A program made the translations under genes and the position numbers. The notes beneath the pieces were generated by a model. That model was not told where the DNA came from, did not search any database, and saw nothing but the letters and a program-made list of their open reading frames with translations. DNA of 33,828 nt, taken from contig NC_068982.1 of NCBI RefSeq assembly GCF_001194135.2, positions 187,297,116-187,330,943 of the forward strand, given 5' to 3'. This document shows positions 9,824 to 20,689 of the stretch, in pieces (positions within the stretch are counted from its first letter, which is position 1; every line of letters starts with the position of its first letter). The DNA comes from Octopus bimaculoides. Taxonomy: Eukaryota.

Positions 9824-10673
9824 ACACACCCAAACGTACAACACTACAAAAGACTTGTCGATGAGGTCTACATCACAATCACAATCTACTTCGCAATAAT
9901 TCACATTTCTATAAACACACACAGGAAAAAAAATCTACATTTAGCGAGGCTTATCTCCCCTTCAGTGGCGTAGCGTATGATGGGTGTGGGTGTGCGGATA
10001 ACACCGGGACAGCTGAAACCCACGCCATGTCACTTGCCCTCCCGCCTCCCAGATAGGTCAGATAAACAAGCAACAGAGNNNNNNNNNNNNNNNNNNNNNN
10101 NNNNNNNNNNNNNNNNNNNNNNNNNNNNNNNNNNNNNNNNNNNNNNNNNNNNNNNNNNNNNNNNNNNNNNNNNNNNNNNNNNNNNNNNNNNNNNNNNNNN
10201 NNNNNNNNNNNNNNNNNNNNNNNNNNNNNNNNNNNNNNNNNNNNNNNNNNNNNNNNNNNNNNNNNNNNNNNNNNNNNNNNNNNNNNNNNNNNNNNNNNNN
10301 NNNNNNNNNNNNNNNNNNNNNNNNNNNNNNNNNNNNNNNNNNNNNNNNNNNNNNNNNNNNNNNNNNNNNNNNNNNNNNNNNNNNNNNNNNNNNNNNNNNN
10401 NNNNNNNNNNNNNNNNNNNNNNNNNNNNNNNNNNNNNNNNNNNNNNNNNNNNNNNNNNNNNNNNNNNNNNNNNNNNNNNNNNNNNNNNNNNNNNNNNNNN
10501 NNNNNNNNNNNNNNNNNNNNNNNNNNNNNNNNNNNNNNNNNNNNNNNNNNNNNNNNNNNNNNNNNNNNNNNNNNNNNNNNNNNNNNNNNNNNNNNNNNNN
10601 NNNNNNNNNNNNNNNNNNNNNNNNNNNNNNNNNNNNNNNNNNNNNNNNNNNNNNNNNNNNNNNNNNNNNNNNN

Positions 10674-10705
<32 letters not shown>

Positions 10706-11404
10706 CATACATACACTTGTACGCTCATGCTATAGAACAGTTATTTTAGCGAAGCCAACCTAGTCAACAGCTTTTATGAAGACAGGAGAAAGATATATCG
10801 AGGAAGAAATGCATTTTATTGATTAATGTTTCCATTTTCTTTTAGATTTCTAAACATTGTATTTTCTTTTTAAATAGAGAACAACGATGCAACAGAATAT
10901 TTATATCTTTGGGTGGAAAGGTAACGTTACTTACCTTACAGGTTAATAATATTTGAAGGTCAGGAACGTACAATTACCAGTCACCCAATCAGATTTTACC
11001 TGTAATGGAGAAAGAAAATACAGAAAACTTAGTACAATTACACTAAGAATCTTAACAACAAGGAACATACCGGGTTATCATATTACAGATGTTGTAGCAC
11101 TAATATGACATTGTTCTGCCATGCATGGTCTACCATATCACCACCGCATCATCTATGTGGATGTTTATTAACTTTTTTTTGTCCCGTACATCAAACGATA
11201 TTTTTGATAATCATAATGGAAGTTGTTTTTAGAAGGAAGATATACCAGTCTCTCCACTCTTCATGCATTAGTTATATACATGATTCACACTACCTTCACG
11301 TTCACAGGAATGTGAATACAGCTCACTCACTCATTCACTCACTATACATTTATATATAGACATCTCTCTCTCTCTCTCGCTCATCTTCAATGCATGTATG
11401 TATC

Positions 11405-11435
<31 letters not shown>

Positions 11436-11492
11436 CTCTTCTATTTTTTAATTATTATAAATCTTCCACTGAGGAGGGAGCCGGTTTCCAAC
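11436..11492 (-). mobile_element. 57 bp extreme 3' end of the R4/Dong-like LINE, inside a (TATG)n tract
   Basis: Matches 32386-32442; TATGTATGTATGTATGT on both sides (11419-11435 and 11493-11509). Confidence 0.8.
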
Positions 11493-11569
11493 TATGTATG
11501 TATGTATGTTTGTGTGTGTGTGTGTGCGTGTGTGCAACTGTATTAAAGCGACTGGAATCTTTTGTTTTT

Positions 11570-12416
11570 TGTTTGTTTCGATCATTGGATTGCAGCCATG
11601 CTAGGGTGCCGCCGTGAAGTGCTGAGTACAAACAAATCGACCCCAATATTTATTTTAAAGCCTAGCGCTTACTCTGTCGGTTTCTTTTGCCGAACAGCGA
11701 CGTAAACAAGCCAACACCGGTTGTCGAGTGGTAGTGCGTGGGTNNNNNNNNNNNNNNNNNNNNNNNNNNNNNNNNNNNNNNNNNNNNNNNNNNNNNNNNN
11801 NNNNNNNNNNNNNNNNNNNNNNNNNNNNNNNNNNNNNNNNNNNNNNNNNNNNNNNNNNNNNNNNNNNNNNNNNNNNNNNNNNNNNNNNNNNNNNNNNNNN
11901 NNNNNNNNNNNNNNNNNNNNNNNNNNNNNNNNNNNNNNNNNNNNNNNNNNNNNNNNNNNNNNNNNNNNNNNNNNNNNNNNNNNNNNNNNNNNNNNNNNNN
12001 NNNNNNNNNNNNNNNNNNNNNNNNNNNNNNNNNNNNNNNNNNNNNNNNNNNNNNNNNNNNNNNNNNNNNNNNNNNNNNNNNNNNNNNNNNNNNNNNNNNN
12101 NNNNNNNNNNNNNNNNNNNNNNNNNNNNNNNNNNNNNNNNNNNNNNNNNNNNNNNNNNNNNNTATATATATATATATATATACATTTATATGTAAGTATG
12201 TACATATATGTATGTATGTATATATATATTTATGTATGTATGTATGTATGTATGTACAACGGGATTCTTTCAGTTTCCGTCTACCAAATCCACTCGCAAG
12301 GCTTTTGTCAACCTGGAGTTAGTAGAAGACTGCAACCCAAGGTACCATGCAGTGGGATTGAACCCTGAACCGTGTGGTGGAATGCAAGCTCTTTATCACA
12401 CAGCAATACCTACGCC
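11570..12416 (-). mobile_element. Family A SINE spanning an assembly gap
   Basis: 3' half at 11570-11743 and 5' half at 12250-12416 are in the same orientation and expected order; that they are one copy is inferred. Confidence 0.7.
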
Positions 12417-12447
12417 TACATACATACACACACACATACATACGGTG

Positions 12448-12484
<37 letters not shown>

Positions 12485-13011
12485 AAATGAACTGCTAAGT
12501 CACCCTATGTAAATGAGGTGTAACCGTTGCATTATGTAAATGAGTATTGTCGCAAGCTTCGTTAATATTCTAGTAGGGAATCACCTGCTGCCATCATCGT
12601 CAGATTGTAAAGGTGAGATGATCAAATAATAAAGGAACTATGTCAGCTCAATTCTTTTCCAATGCAACAACCCCTAACACACAAAAGGCTCTCGTACGCC
12701 TAATATCGCAATGTGGTGAACAATACACCTGGATATGAGTCCGGAAACATTGTAGAAGGTTGAAGTTATTGTTGTCTATAGAGAAGAAGCTTCAAGACAC
12801 GTGTACAGAATAAGGAGTAAGTGTATAAAGGAGAGACAAAGCAATTTATTTAATACATTATCTAATTAACTGTTAATAAAACTGATGTGAGATACATTCA
12901 GTGCGTGTTTTACTGTCAATATGATCCTCCCAAAATTACAATAATAACTGTTTTAACAGACGATTTCACACCAAGAGTCTTGGAAAGTAAATACAACGCA
13001 ACTTTCATTTA

Positions 13012-13393
13012 CAGTGATACATCGCAGTACGAGTTTAATTCGTTCCATGACTGAGCTCGTCTTACGGTTTACATGTTTACGAATCAATTTTCCCCCATTG
13101 AAATCAAAATATAATTAATCCGTTCCAGCCCCTAAAAGCCACTCAAAATTAGATTTCTAAGGATTTTAAAACAGAAAAGGTGTCGTTACAAGTAAAATGA
13201 CAATTATAAAAGAGAGAATGAAAAAGAAATATGTGAACTGGTTTTATTAACTGAATTACCTTTAAGATGAGATGATTTGTGTGCTCGTACTGCGGATTTC
13301 CGCTCGAACTTCAAGACAAAAATTCGCACGAGTCTCGTCTCGTACAGCAAATTACTCGTACAAGGGGAACACTCGTACTCAGAGGTTCTGCTG
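13012..13393. mobile_element. Tigger/pogo-like MITE (382 bp) flanked by TA
   Basis: TA|CAGTGATACATCGCAGTACGAGT at the left versus reverse complement CAGCAGAACCTCTGAGTACGAGT|TA at the right (16/23); subterminal TTAATTCGTTCC / TTAATCCGTTCCAG and repeated CTCGTAC. Confidence 0.7.
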
Positions 13394-13995
13394 TATTTAT
13401 TTTCATTCTATTTTGTTATTAGTGAACCGGGGGGGGGGAGCAATGGTAGCTAACAAACCATCACTGGTTTCCCGTCATCGTATTTCTGAATGGTAGGAGT
13501 ATCAGGGATTGTGTCTCACACGGCACAGAATAAATATTGCCAAAGACTGTAACCAAAAAAACAACCTTGTTTATTTTAATTTGCTTTACTCGCCAATATT
13601 TATATCCTCGGCCAATATTACACACTCAGACACACACGTGTGTCTGAGTGTGAGTTTAATACACACATACCTTCGTCAGTCTGATAAAGGCGAGTGAGCT
13701 GAATCATCAACGCCACTGTCAAGTGTTTATTAGCAAAATGTTTTTAAAAATATATCCTCTCCTAAAATGTATTCAGTGATCTTCCAGTTTAATGTTAAAT
13801 TGATTTTATATAAAACTTGACACAAACACACACTGTAACAAGACATTGATGAAGATCACTGAGACCATGCGAAATTAATTAAACTGTAGCTCTATCCCGT
13901 TAAATATACGACTGTCCTATCTCTAATCCATGACCAACACACCAGAATAACTATTTACATAACAGCTGCTGGAATTTCTTCAGTTAATAATTATA

Positions 13996-14158
13996 GGCGC
14001 AGGAGTAGCTGTGTGGTAAGTAGTTTGCTTCCCAACCACATGGTTCCGGGTTCAGTCCCACTGCGTGGCACCTTGGGCAAGTGTCTTCTACTATAGCCTT
14101 GGGCTGACAAAAGCCTTGTTAGTGGATTTGGTAGATGGAAACTAAAAGAAGCCCGTCG

Positions 14159-14207
<49 letters not shown>

Positions 14208-14258
14208 TTGTGAATAAGTCATGACTGCATTCAAATGATCGAAACAAATAAAAGAATA
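13996..14258 (+). mobile_element. Family A SINE, internally deleted
   Basis: Intact head GGCGCAGGAGTAGCTGTGTGGTAAG...GGTTCAGTCCC; after the (TA)(TG) tract it jumps to the 3' tail. Confidence 0.9.
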
Positions 14259-14280
14259 TGTAGAATTAAATAATTGTTCA

Positions 14281-15079
14281 GTTTAGTGGTATAAAAAAGT
14301 AAATAAAAATTAAGGGGGAGATAAGTAGTAAAAGAAGCCGTTATACAGCATAAAGACTGGCGATCGGCGCCAGAAAGTGAACAAATGTCTTCTTTTTCTC
14401 AGTGAAATTACGCCAGAGAAACTCGTGCAGATCTGAAACAAGCAATTCGTCCGATGTCCCAAACTGTCGTCTCAACTTCTGTTTCATCCGCATCCACATA
14501 TTTTCCACATTTTGTGCGTAAACGTCTTGATCATGAGGATCGATTGCAAAGTAAAGAATGACCAAAAAAATGGAAAAAAAAAAAAAAAATTCCAATGATT
14601 CCGGGATATGGGGGGAGGCGTTTCCCACCCCACCTTTTTTTTTCCGAACAAAAATAAGGAGTTTGCAGCATATTATGAGGTCAAGGTACGTGATGCCACG
14701 CAAAAAAATCCGAGTTTTTTTTTTTTTTTTCCTTAATGAAAATCGTGCAGGTGAAAGGATNNNNNNNNNNAGAATGACCAAAAAAATGGAAAAAAAAAAA
14801 AAAAATTCCAATGATTCCGGGATATGGGGGGAGGCGTTTCCCACCCCACCTTTTTTTTTCCGAACAAAAATAAGGAGTTTGCAGCATATTTAGGAGATCA
14901 GGGTACTTGATTCAACGCAAAAAAATCCGAGTTTTTTTTTTTTTTTTCCTTAATGAAAATCGTGCAGGTGAAAGGATCAAAATTCACCACATCTTTAAGA
15001 TATTCCTTAGTTATGTCCCTTCGTTTCTTTTACTACTTATCTCCCCCTTAATTTTTATTTACTTTTTATATCACTAACC
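14281..15079 (-). mobile_element. Merlin (IS1595/IS1016-like) DNA transposon, internally deleted
   Basis: ~55 bp TIRs (14283-14337 vs 15025-15077: TTAGTGRTATAAAAAGTAAATAAAAATTAAGGGGGAGATAAGTAGTAAAAGAA); the right end reads GG on the minus strand; transposase remnant inside. Confidence 0.8.
14341..14700 (-). pseudogene. Merlin-type DDE transposase fragment
   Basis: IDPHDQDVYAQNVENMWMRMKQKLRRQFGTSDELLVSDLHEFLWRNF matches F.DP.TG.HTQ.IE..W...K......G.S..L..SYL.EF.WR of IS1595/Merlin transposases; upstream GGVGNASPHIPES resembles GG.G..V.IDES. Confidence 0.8.
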
Positions 15080-15197
15080 TAGAATTATCAGAGAGGGTAT
15101 GTTATGCGAATTTAACACAAGGTTTTATATTAAAGTTTACATGAATAATTAGAATGATAAGAGAAGGGAAAATATGCTAACAAAGTAACTATTAACT

Positions 15198-15516
15198 GGT
15201 ACTCCGTCGATTGCGACGACGACGATGTCAGATGATCCGGATCAACGGAACAGCCGGCTCGTACAAATTAATGCCCAAACGGCTGAGCATTCCACAGGCA
15301 CGCGAACTCTCAACGTAGTTCTCAGGGAGATTCAGCGTGACACAATGTGACAAGGCTGGCTCCTTGAAATACAGGTACTACTCGTTTTTGCCCCAGCTGA
15401 GTGAACTAGAGCAACGTGAAATAAAGTGTCTTGCTTAAGAACACAATGCCTCGCCAGATATCGAACTCGCGTCTTTATGATATTGAACCGAATACCCTAA
15501 CCACTCCGTCACGCGC
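15198..15516 (-). mobile_element. tRNA-derived SINE, family C
   Basis: Minus strand: head GCGCGTGACGGAGTGGTTAGGGTATTCGG...GAGTTCGATATC, central GTGTTCTTAAGCAAGACACTTTATTTCACGTTGCTC, tail GTCGTCGCAATCGACGGAGT; related copies at 16458, 17790 and 28467. Confidence 0.85.
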
Positions 15517-16254
15517 TTTCCACACTATTAGAGAGGTAGAGAGTGATAGCACAGTGTCCTAGTGATTATTTCGAAAGCGGGAGAGTGTGACAGAGAGGAG
15601 GGTGGGTGCTATAATGACGAATAGCGAATGAGTGAGCATGAACCATGTCAAACTGGTGATTATGATGACAAACGGTGAACTGACAAGAACTAAACTTATT
15701 TCAAAAACAGTTTCTTCAACACAGGGAAACAGAATATAGTGTTTATGTTTGGAAACAAAATGATAATGAGTCTATATAATCACATAAAGTGACATTGAAT
15801 GAAGAATTTTGGTTTGGCAACTAATTTACGCTTGATTCTTGGGTGTAATTATCTTAGCAGTTTCTTTGTTTAGTTTCCAACTGTAATATCAATTAATTAA
15901 CAATCGAATTGATTGACCTTGCAGAACTTCTTTAGTTAATTTTATTTTAAGTTTCGGAGAAGCAAATTGGAAATTGTGTTTACTGCGAAAAAAATTGAGT
16001 CAGAAACTACCGGAGGGTAATTAAAGAAAAAAAAGCTCACACTCTCTGTGGTTACCACAAGATGAGAGCCATAACACCCACGCACTGGCCCAGGGATGCT
16101 TGTTCCATGTCGAAAATGGGAGACTTTGGATAACATGCAGTTTAGGGCTTTACAGACAAAAAAACAACAAAAAAACCCCAAGGTAAATTGACCGGAAGTA
16201 GTGATTCTGGCATCCCGTAATTTCACAATGAGAATTAGTGAAATTTATTTTTTG

Positions 16255-16936
16255 TCTTTTACTTGTTTCAGTTATTAGACTGCGGCCATGCTGGAGCACC
16301 ACCTTGAAGAATTTTAGGCAAACGAATTGACCCCAGTACTTGCTTGTTCAAGCCTGTTACTTATTCTATCGGTGTCTTATGCCAAACCGCTATGTCACGG
16401 GGACGTAAACACACTAACACCGCTTATCAAGCGGGCGGTGGACACACACACACACACGGTACTCCGTCAGTTACGACGACGAGGATTCCAGCTGATTCGA
16501 TCAACGGAACAGCCTGCTCGTAAAATTAGCATCAAGTGGCTGAGCACTCCACAGACACGTGTACCCTTAACGTAGTTCTCGGGGAGATTCAGTGTGACAG
16601 GGCTGGCCCTTTGAAATACAGGTACAACTTATTTTTGCCAGCTGAGTGAACTGGAGCAACGTGAAATAAAGTGTCTTGCTCAAGGAGACAACGCGTCGCC
16701 GGGAATTGAACTCACAACCTTGCGATCGTGAGCCGAATACTCTTACCACTAAGCCACGTGTTTTCACACACACCCACGACGGGCTTCTTTCAGTTTCTAC
16801 CAAATCCACTTACAAGTCTTTGGTTGTCCTGAGACCATAGCGGAAGACATTTGCCCAAGGTGCCACGCAGTGGGACTGAACCCAGAACCACGTAGTTACA
16901 AAGTGAGCTTCTTAGCCACACAGCCACACCTGCGCC
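16255..16936 (-). mobile_element. Family A SINE split by a nested family C SINE
   Basis: 3' half at 16255-16457 and 5' half at ~16765-16936 join at the central (CA)n tract. Confidence 0.85.
16458..16760 (-). mobile_element. Family C SINE nested in family A
   Basis: Head CACGTGGCTTAGTGGTAAGAGTATTCGG...GAGTTCAATTCCC through tail CTGACGGAGT; (CA)n on both sides. Confidence 0.9.
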
Positions 16937-17504
16937 TATCTACAAACACNNNNNNNNNNNNNNNNNNNNNNNNNNNNNNNNNNNNNNNNNNNNNNNNNNN
17001 NNNNNNNNNNNNNNNNNNNNNNNNNNNNNNNNNNNNNNNNNNNNNNNNNNNNNNNNNNNNNNNNNNNNNNNNNNNNNNNNNNNNNNNNNNNNNNNNNNNN
17101 NNNNNNNNNNNNNNNNNNNNNNNNNNNNNNNNNNNNNNNNNNNNNNNNNNNNNNNNNNNTTCAATGGTCTCATTTATAGGTCAGCGGCCATGCTGCAGAT
17201 ACTGCTTCCAAGGGATTAAGTCCATCATACCGAGCACTACGAATATCAGTCTGCTAATCATATTATCGACCTCCTGTTGCCGAGCCACGAAGTTACGCGA
17301 TATAATGAGACAACCAAAAGACCACCGGCTTTTAAGCAGTATAAACACACACACACACACGATGGAAGACGACTCCATTACGAATCTATCATTTATTAAT
17401 GAGCTGTAGAGCAAAGATGACTTTTTTTTTTTTTTTTAGATCAACTAATAGCCTGCTGCCCTTTTAACACAACACTCACACAGACGTCTCTTCTCAGTCA
17501 AATG

Positions 17505-17612
17505 CAATGCAGAAAGTCTCAAGTGTTTTGTGACGAATCCTCTGGCAATACAGGACAACATGGATGCACAGGCCCGAGGGAGGGGACTATAATAACTGAG
17601 TTAGAGAGACTG
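17505..17612 (+). mobile_element. Short CR1-like LINE fragment duplicating 21433-21539
   Basis: 53 consecutive identical nt (GAAAGTCTCAAGTG...ACAACATGGA) with the larger CR1 remnant. Confidence 0.75.
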
Positions 17613-17789
17613 CAATGAATTCTACGTCTTTATACACCCGATGCCGACTAAAGATATGTATGTTGTCATCTCCAGCCCCCGGATATGACTGTCTTGAGTC
17701 ATTGGATCTATAACGTAGAAATAACCGAAACCATGACGTTCTCCCTAAACGAAGCGCCAGTTCGTCACAGCACAGAGTCATTCATTTAG

Positions 17790-17910
17790 AGCTGAGTTGA
17801 CTGCAGCAAAATAAAAGTGTTTTACTCAAGAAAACAATGCACCGGTCCAAGAATCGAAACCACAATCTTGCGATCACGAGTGCAACACTCCAACCATTAG
17901 ACCACGCGCC
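17790..17910 (-). mobile_element. Family C SINE, 5' fragment
   Basis: Reverse complement GGCGCGTGGTCTAATGGTTGGAGTGTTGCACTC...GGTTTCGATTCTTGG...GAGTAAAACACTT. Confidence 0.75.
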
Positions 17911-18147
17911 TTCCTCTGTAGCTCTTCAGACGACCTTTATTACATGACTGGCAGACATTTTCTTTCAAATGGTGAAAATTTATTTTTAGTCTGCTTTGAT
18001 TATTCGCGGCTTAGAAGGACAAATTCGTCTCAAAGTTGGACATTTGAAAGAATTAGCAATATCTATGGTGGTCTCCTTTCCACTTGGTCGTGAAGCGAAT
18101 CTGTTATCCCCACAGCTAAGCGTTATCTTGTTAGACATCTGTAAAAC

Positions 18148-18235
18148 GTGTGTGTGTGTGTGTAAGTGTGAGAGAGAGANNNNNNNNNNNNNNNNNNNNN
18201 NNNNNNNNNNNNNNNNNNNNNNNNNNNNNNNNNNN

Positions 18236-18296
<61 letters not shown>

Positions 18297-19250
18297 AAGA
18301 GTGAGGCAGTGTATGGGTGTGTGTGTTTGAAAGAGAAAATAGTTTAGTTTCAGATCAGTCCTGATCAAGTAGATCCATGTCCTAAGGTGGCTCTTTTTTT
18401 TCTCTCTCTCTCATCATATCTGAGAAATAACTGTGTATTGTGCGCGCGTGCGCGTGAGTTTTATGCAGATATGATGTTAGATATAGATAAGTCGAGACAA
18501 AGACGGGGGTGGGGAGAGTCGGAGTGTCGTTATAAATATATGATGCAAGTTTGATAGAGAGAGAGAGGGGGGTAAGATAGAAGAAGAAGAAGAAGAAAAA
18601 AGAGGAGGAAGGGGAGGAGGTATGTGTACAAGTGTGTGTCTTAAGGGTTCTAAATTGCAATGCAATCATGAGGTTCCCAGTTCGCTCCCACTGCGTGGCA
18701 TCTTTGGCAAAAAAGTGTCTTATAGCACATGGCAGACAGAATCAGGAATCGGGAAGTCTCTTGGATGAACTAGGGCTGTAATTCAATGAACCAGCCTTAT
18801 CAGGTACATACACTGACTCTGTCCATGAAATACTCGGACATTTTACATTTGTGTTCACTGGAATTATAATTTTATCGTTGAAACAAACGACAAATCCATT
18901 CACTTGAAACACGGTGTGTATGTAAAGTGTGTGGTGTGGGTGCGCGTGTGAAAGCGGGTGCATGCGTGTGTGTGAGGGCGTGTTCTTATGAAAGTGTGTC
19001 TATGTCTGTGGTGTGTGAGAGAGTGTGTGTCCGAATATGCATGTGCGTATGTGTGCACATGTGAAATGCACGTGTGTGTGCACGTCTAAAGGCGGTGCTC
19101 CAGCACGGGCCGCAGGCAAATGGCTGAATAAAAGAATGTGCCTACGTGTCTGTGAATGTGGTGTGTGGGAGCGTGTGTGTGTGAAACTGCGTGCACATGT
19201 ATGAGTGAGAATGAGCGTCTGTGAAATAGTGCGTCTGTATTGTGTATATG

Positions 19251-19319
<69 letters not shown>

Positions 19320-19744
19320 TGTGTGTGTGTGGTGTGCGTATATTTGTTTGTGTTTGTGGTTCTTTGTGTGTATGTGATGTTTAATCATACAGTTCAGATG
19401 CGACAAGAGATAAACAAAAAACCAAGAGGGGAAAAAACAAAACACAGGCTTGAAACAAACTGAGATTAGTTAGGAATAAGTTTGCGCAGTCGCCATACAA
19501 GTGTGACCGACATAGGACAATGGCGCGCTTTGTTTTACATCTTAACAAATGATTTTCATCTTAAACAAAGCTGCTGGCTGACATCTTGTTAGCAGACGTC
19601 AGACAAACAGATCGTATAATGATTAGTTCAAATCTAGTAAACCTTACTGGTCTCGGTTCCTGTCAGGACTTGCCCTTCCTTTAAATAAACAACCCTGATT
19701 TCTGTCCAACAAGATGATGTTCTCATCAATTTACTTACTTACTA

Positions 19745-19776
<32 letters not shown>

Positions 19777-19935
19777 AGTAGTAGTAGTAGTAATGGTGGA
19801 GGTGGTGATGATGGTAGTAAAAGTGATGGCTGTTTGTTGTTATTGTTGCTATAGCAATGAACAATGCAATCTGATGGTGTCAAGCAGACGATATTATTAA
19901 AAGAAACCCCCAAAGTACACGTGTATGAGTGTGAT

Positions 19936-19967
<32 letters not shown>

Positions 19968-20009
19968 TAAAGAGAGAAATAGAGAGAGAAAGAGAGAGAG
20001 AGAAAGAGA

Positions 20010-20042
<33 letters not shown>

Positions 20043-20340
20043 TGGAGGGAGATAAAGAAAGGATGGAGAAAAGATGTAAGAGTGTGAGGAGGAGGAGGAC
20101 GAGGAAGATGGAAAGAGTAAGAAATAACAGATGGGTAAGATACAGAGAGAGAGAGAAAGAGAGAAAGAGAGATAGAAAGAGGGAGGAGGAGAGAGGGAGA
20201 GGAGGTGGGAGATTGGAGGGAGATACGGAGCAAAAGGAAATTAATAGTACAATGATGATAATCAAATCAGTCAGATGTAGAAACACAGAGGTGGGGGGTG
20301 GGGGTGGAGAGAAACATGCAGATGCATGCATGTGAATATG
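18148..20340. repeat. Microsatellite/low-complexity block: (TG)n, (GA)n, (GAA)n, (ACT)n(GCT)n(AGT)n, purine-rich tracts
   Basis: Direct reading; explains the ERER.., SLSL.. and HTHT.. ORFs in the track. Confidence 0.9.
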
Positions 20341-20689
20341 GATCTCTTCCTATTTCTATATAAACGCCACGTACACGTATATTACATATATAGACGCACA
20401 CGTATGCGTTTGTGTGCGAGCATTTGTTGTTTTATATAAAACTAGAAACTAATCGATTGCTTGATACCTTTTTTTTTTTTTGTAGAGTACGTATTCATAA
20501 TTTATAAGATGATTGACAGTGACTTCGAAGTTTCGGCTTGCTCGCCTTCAACGACACAATCTTTCCCTTGTAAAAGTTAATATATAGTATACACACACAC
20601 ACACACACACAGCTACACCAAAAGAGCTTTTCAGTAGTAGAGGCTCTATCTGAAGTTGCAATCATCAATTGTATACATTTATCAGAGAC

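Noticed and set aside
9963-10078. CAGTGGCGTAGCG, a possible hAT-like left end
   Set aside because: It runs into a gap; no matching right end or TSD is visible.
11468-11492. CTGAGGA (also at 32419) and CTGACGA (13673-13679, minus) as hammerhead cores
   Set aside because: No downstream stem II-GAAA-stem III arrangement.
5571-12368. Long ORFs of 150-250 aa in the track
   Set aside because: Almost entirely N-gap (poly-X); not real reading frames.
19880-20335. ER-rich and SL-rich ORFs of 117-144 aa (likewise 27280-27771 and 29545-30133)
   Set aside because: These are translations of microsatellites; stop-free frames are expected there.
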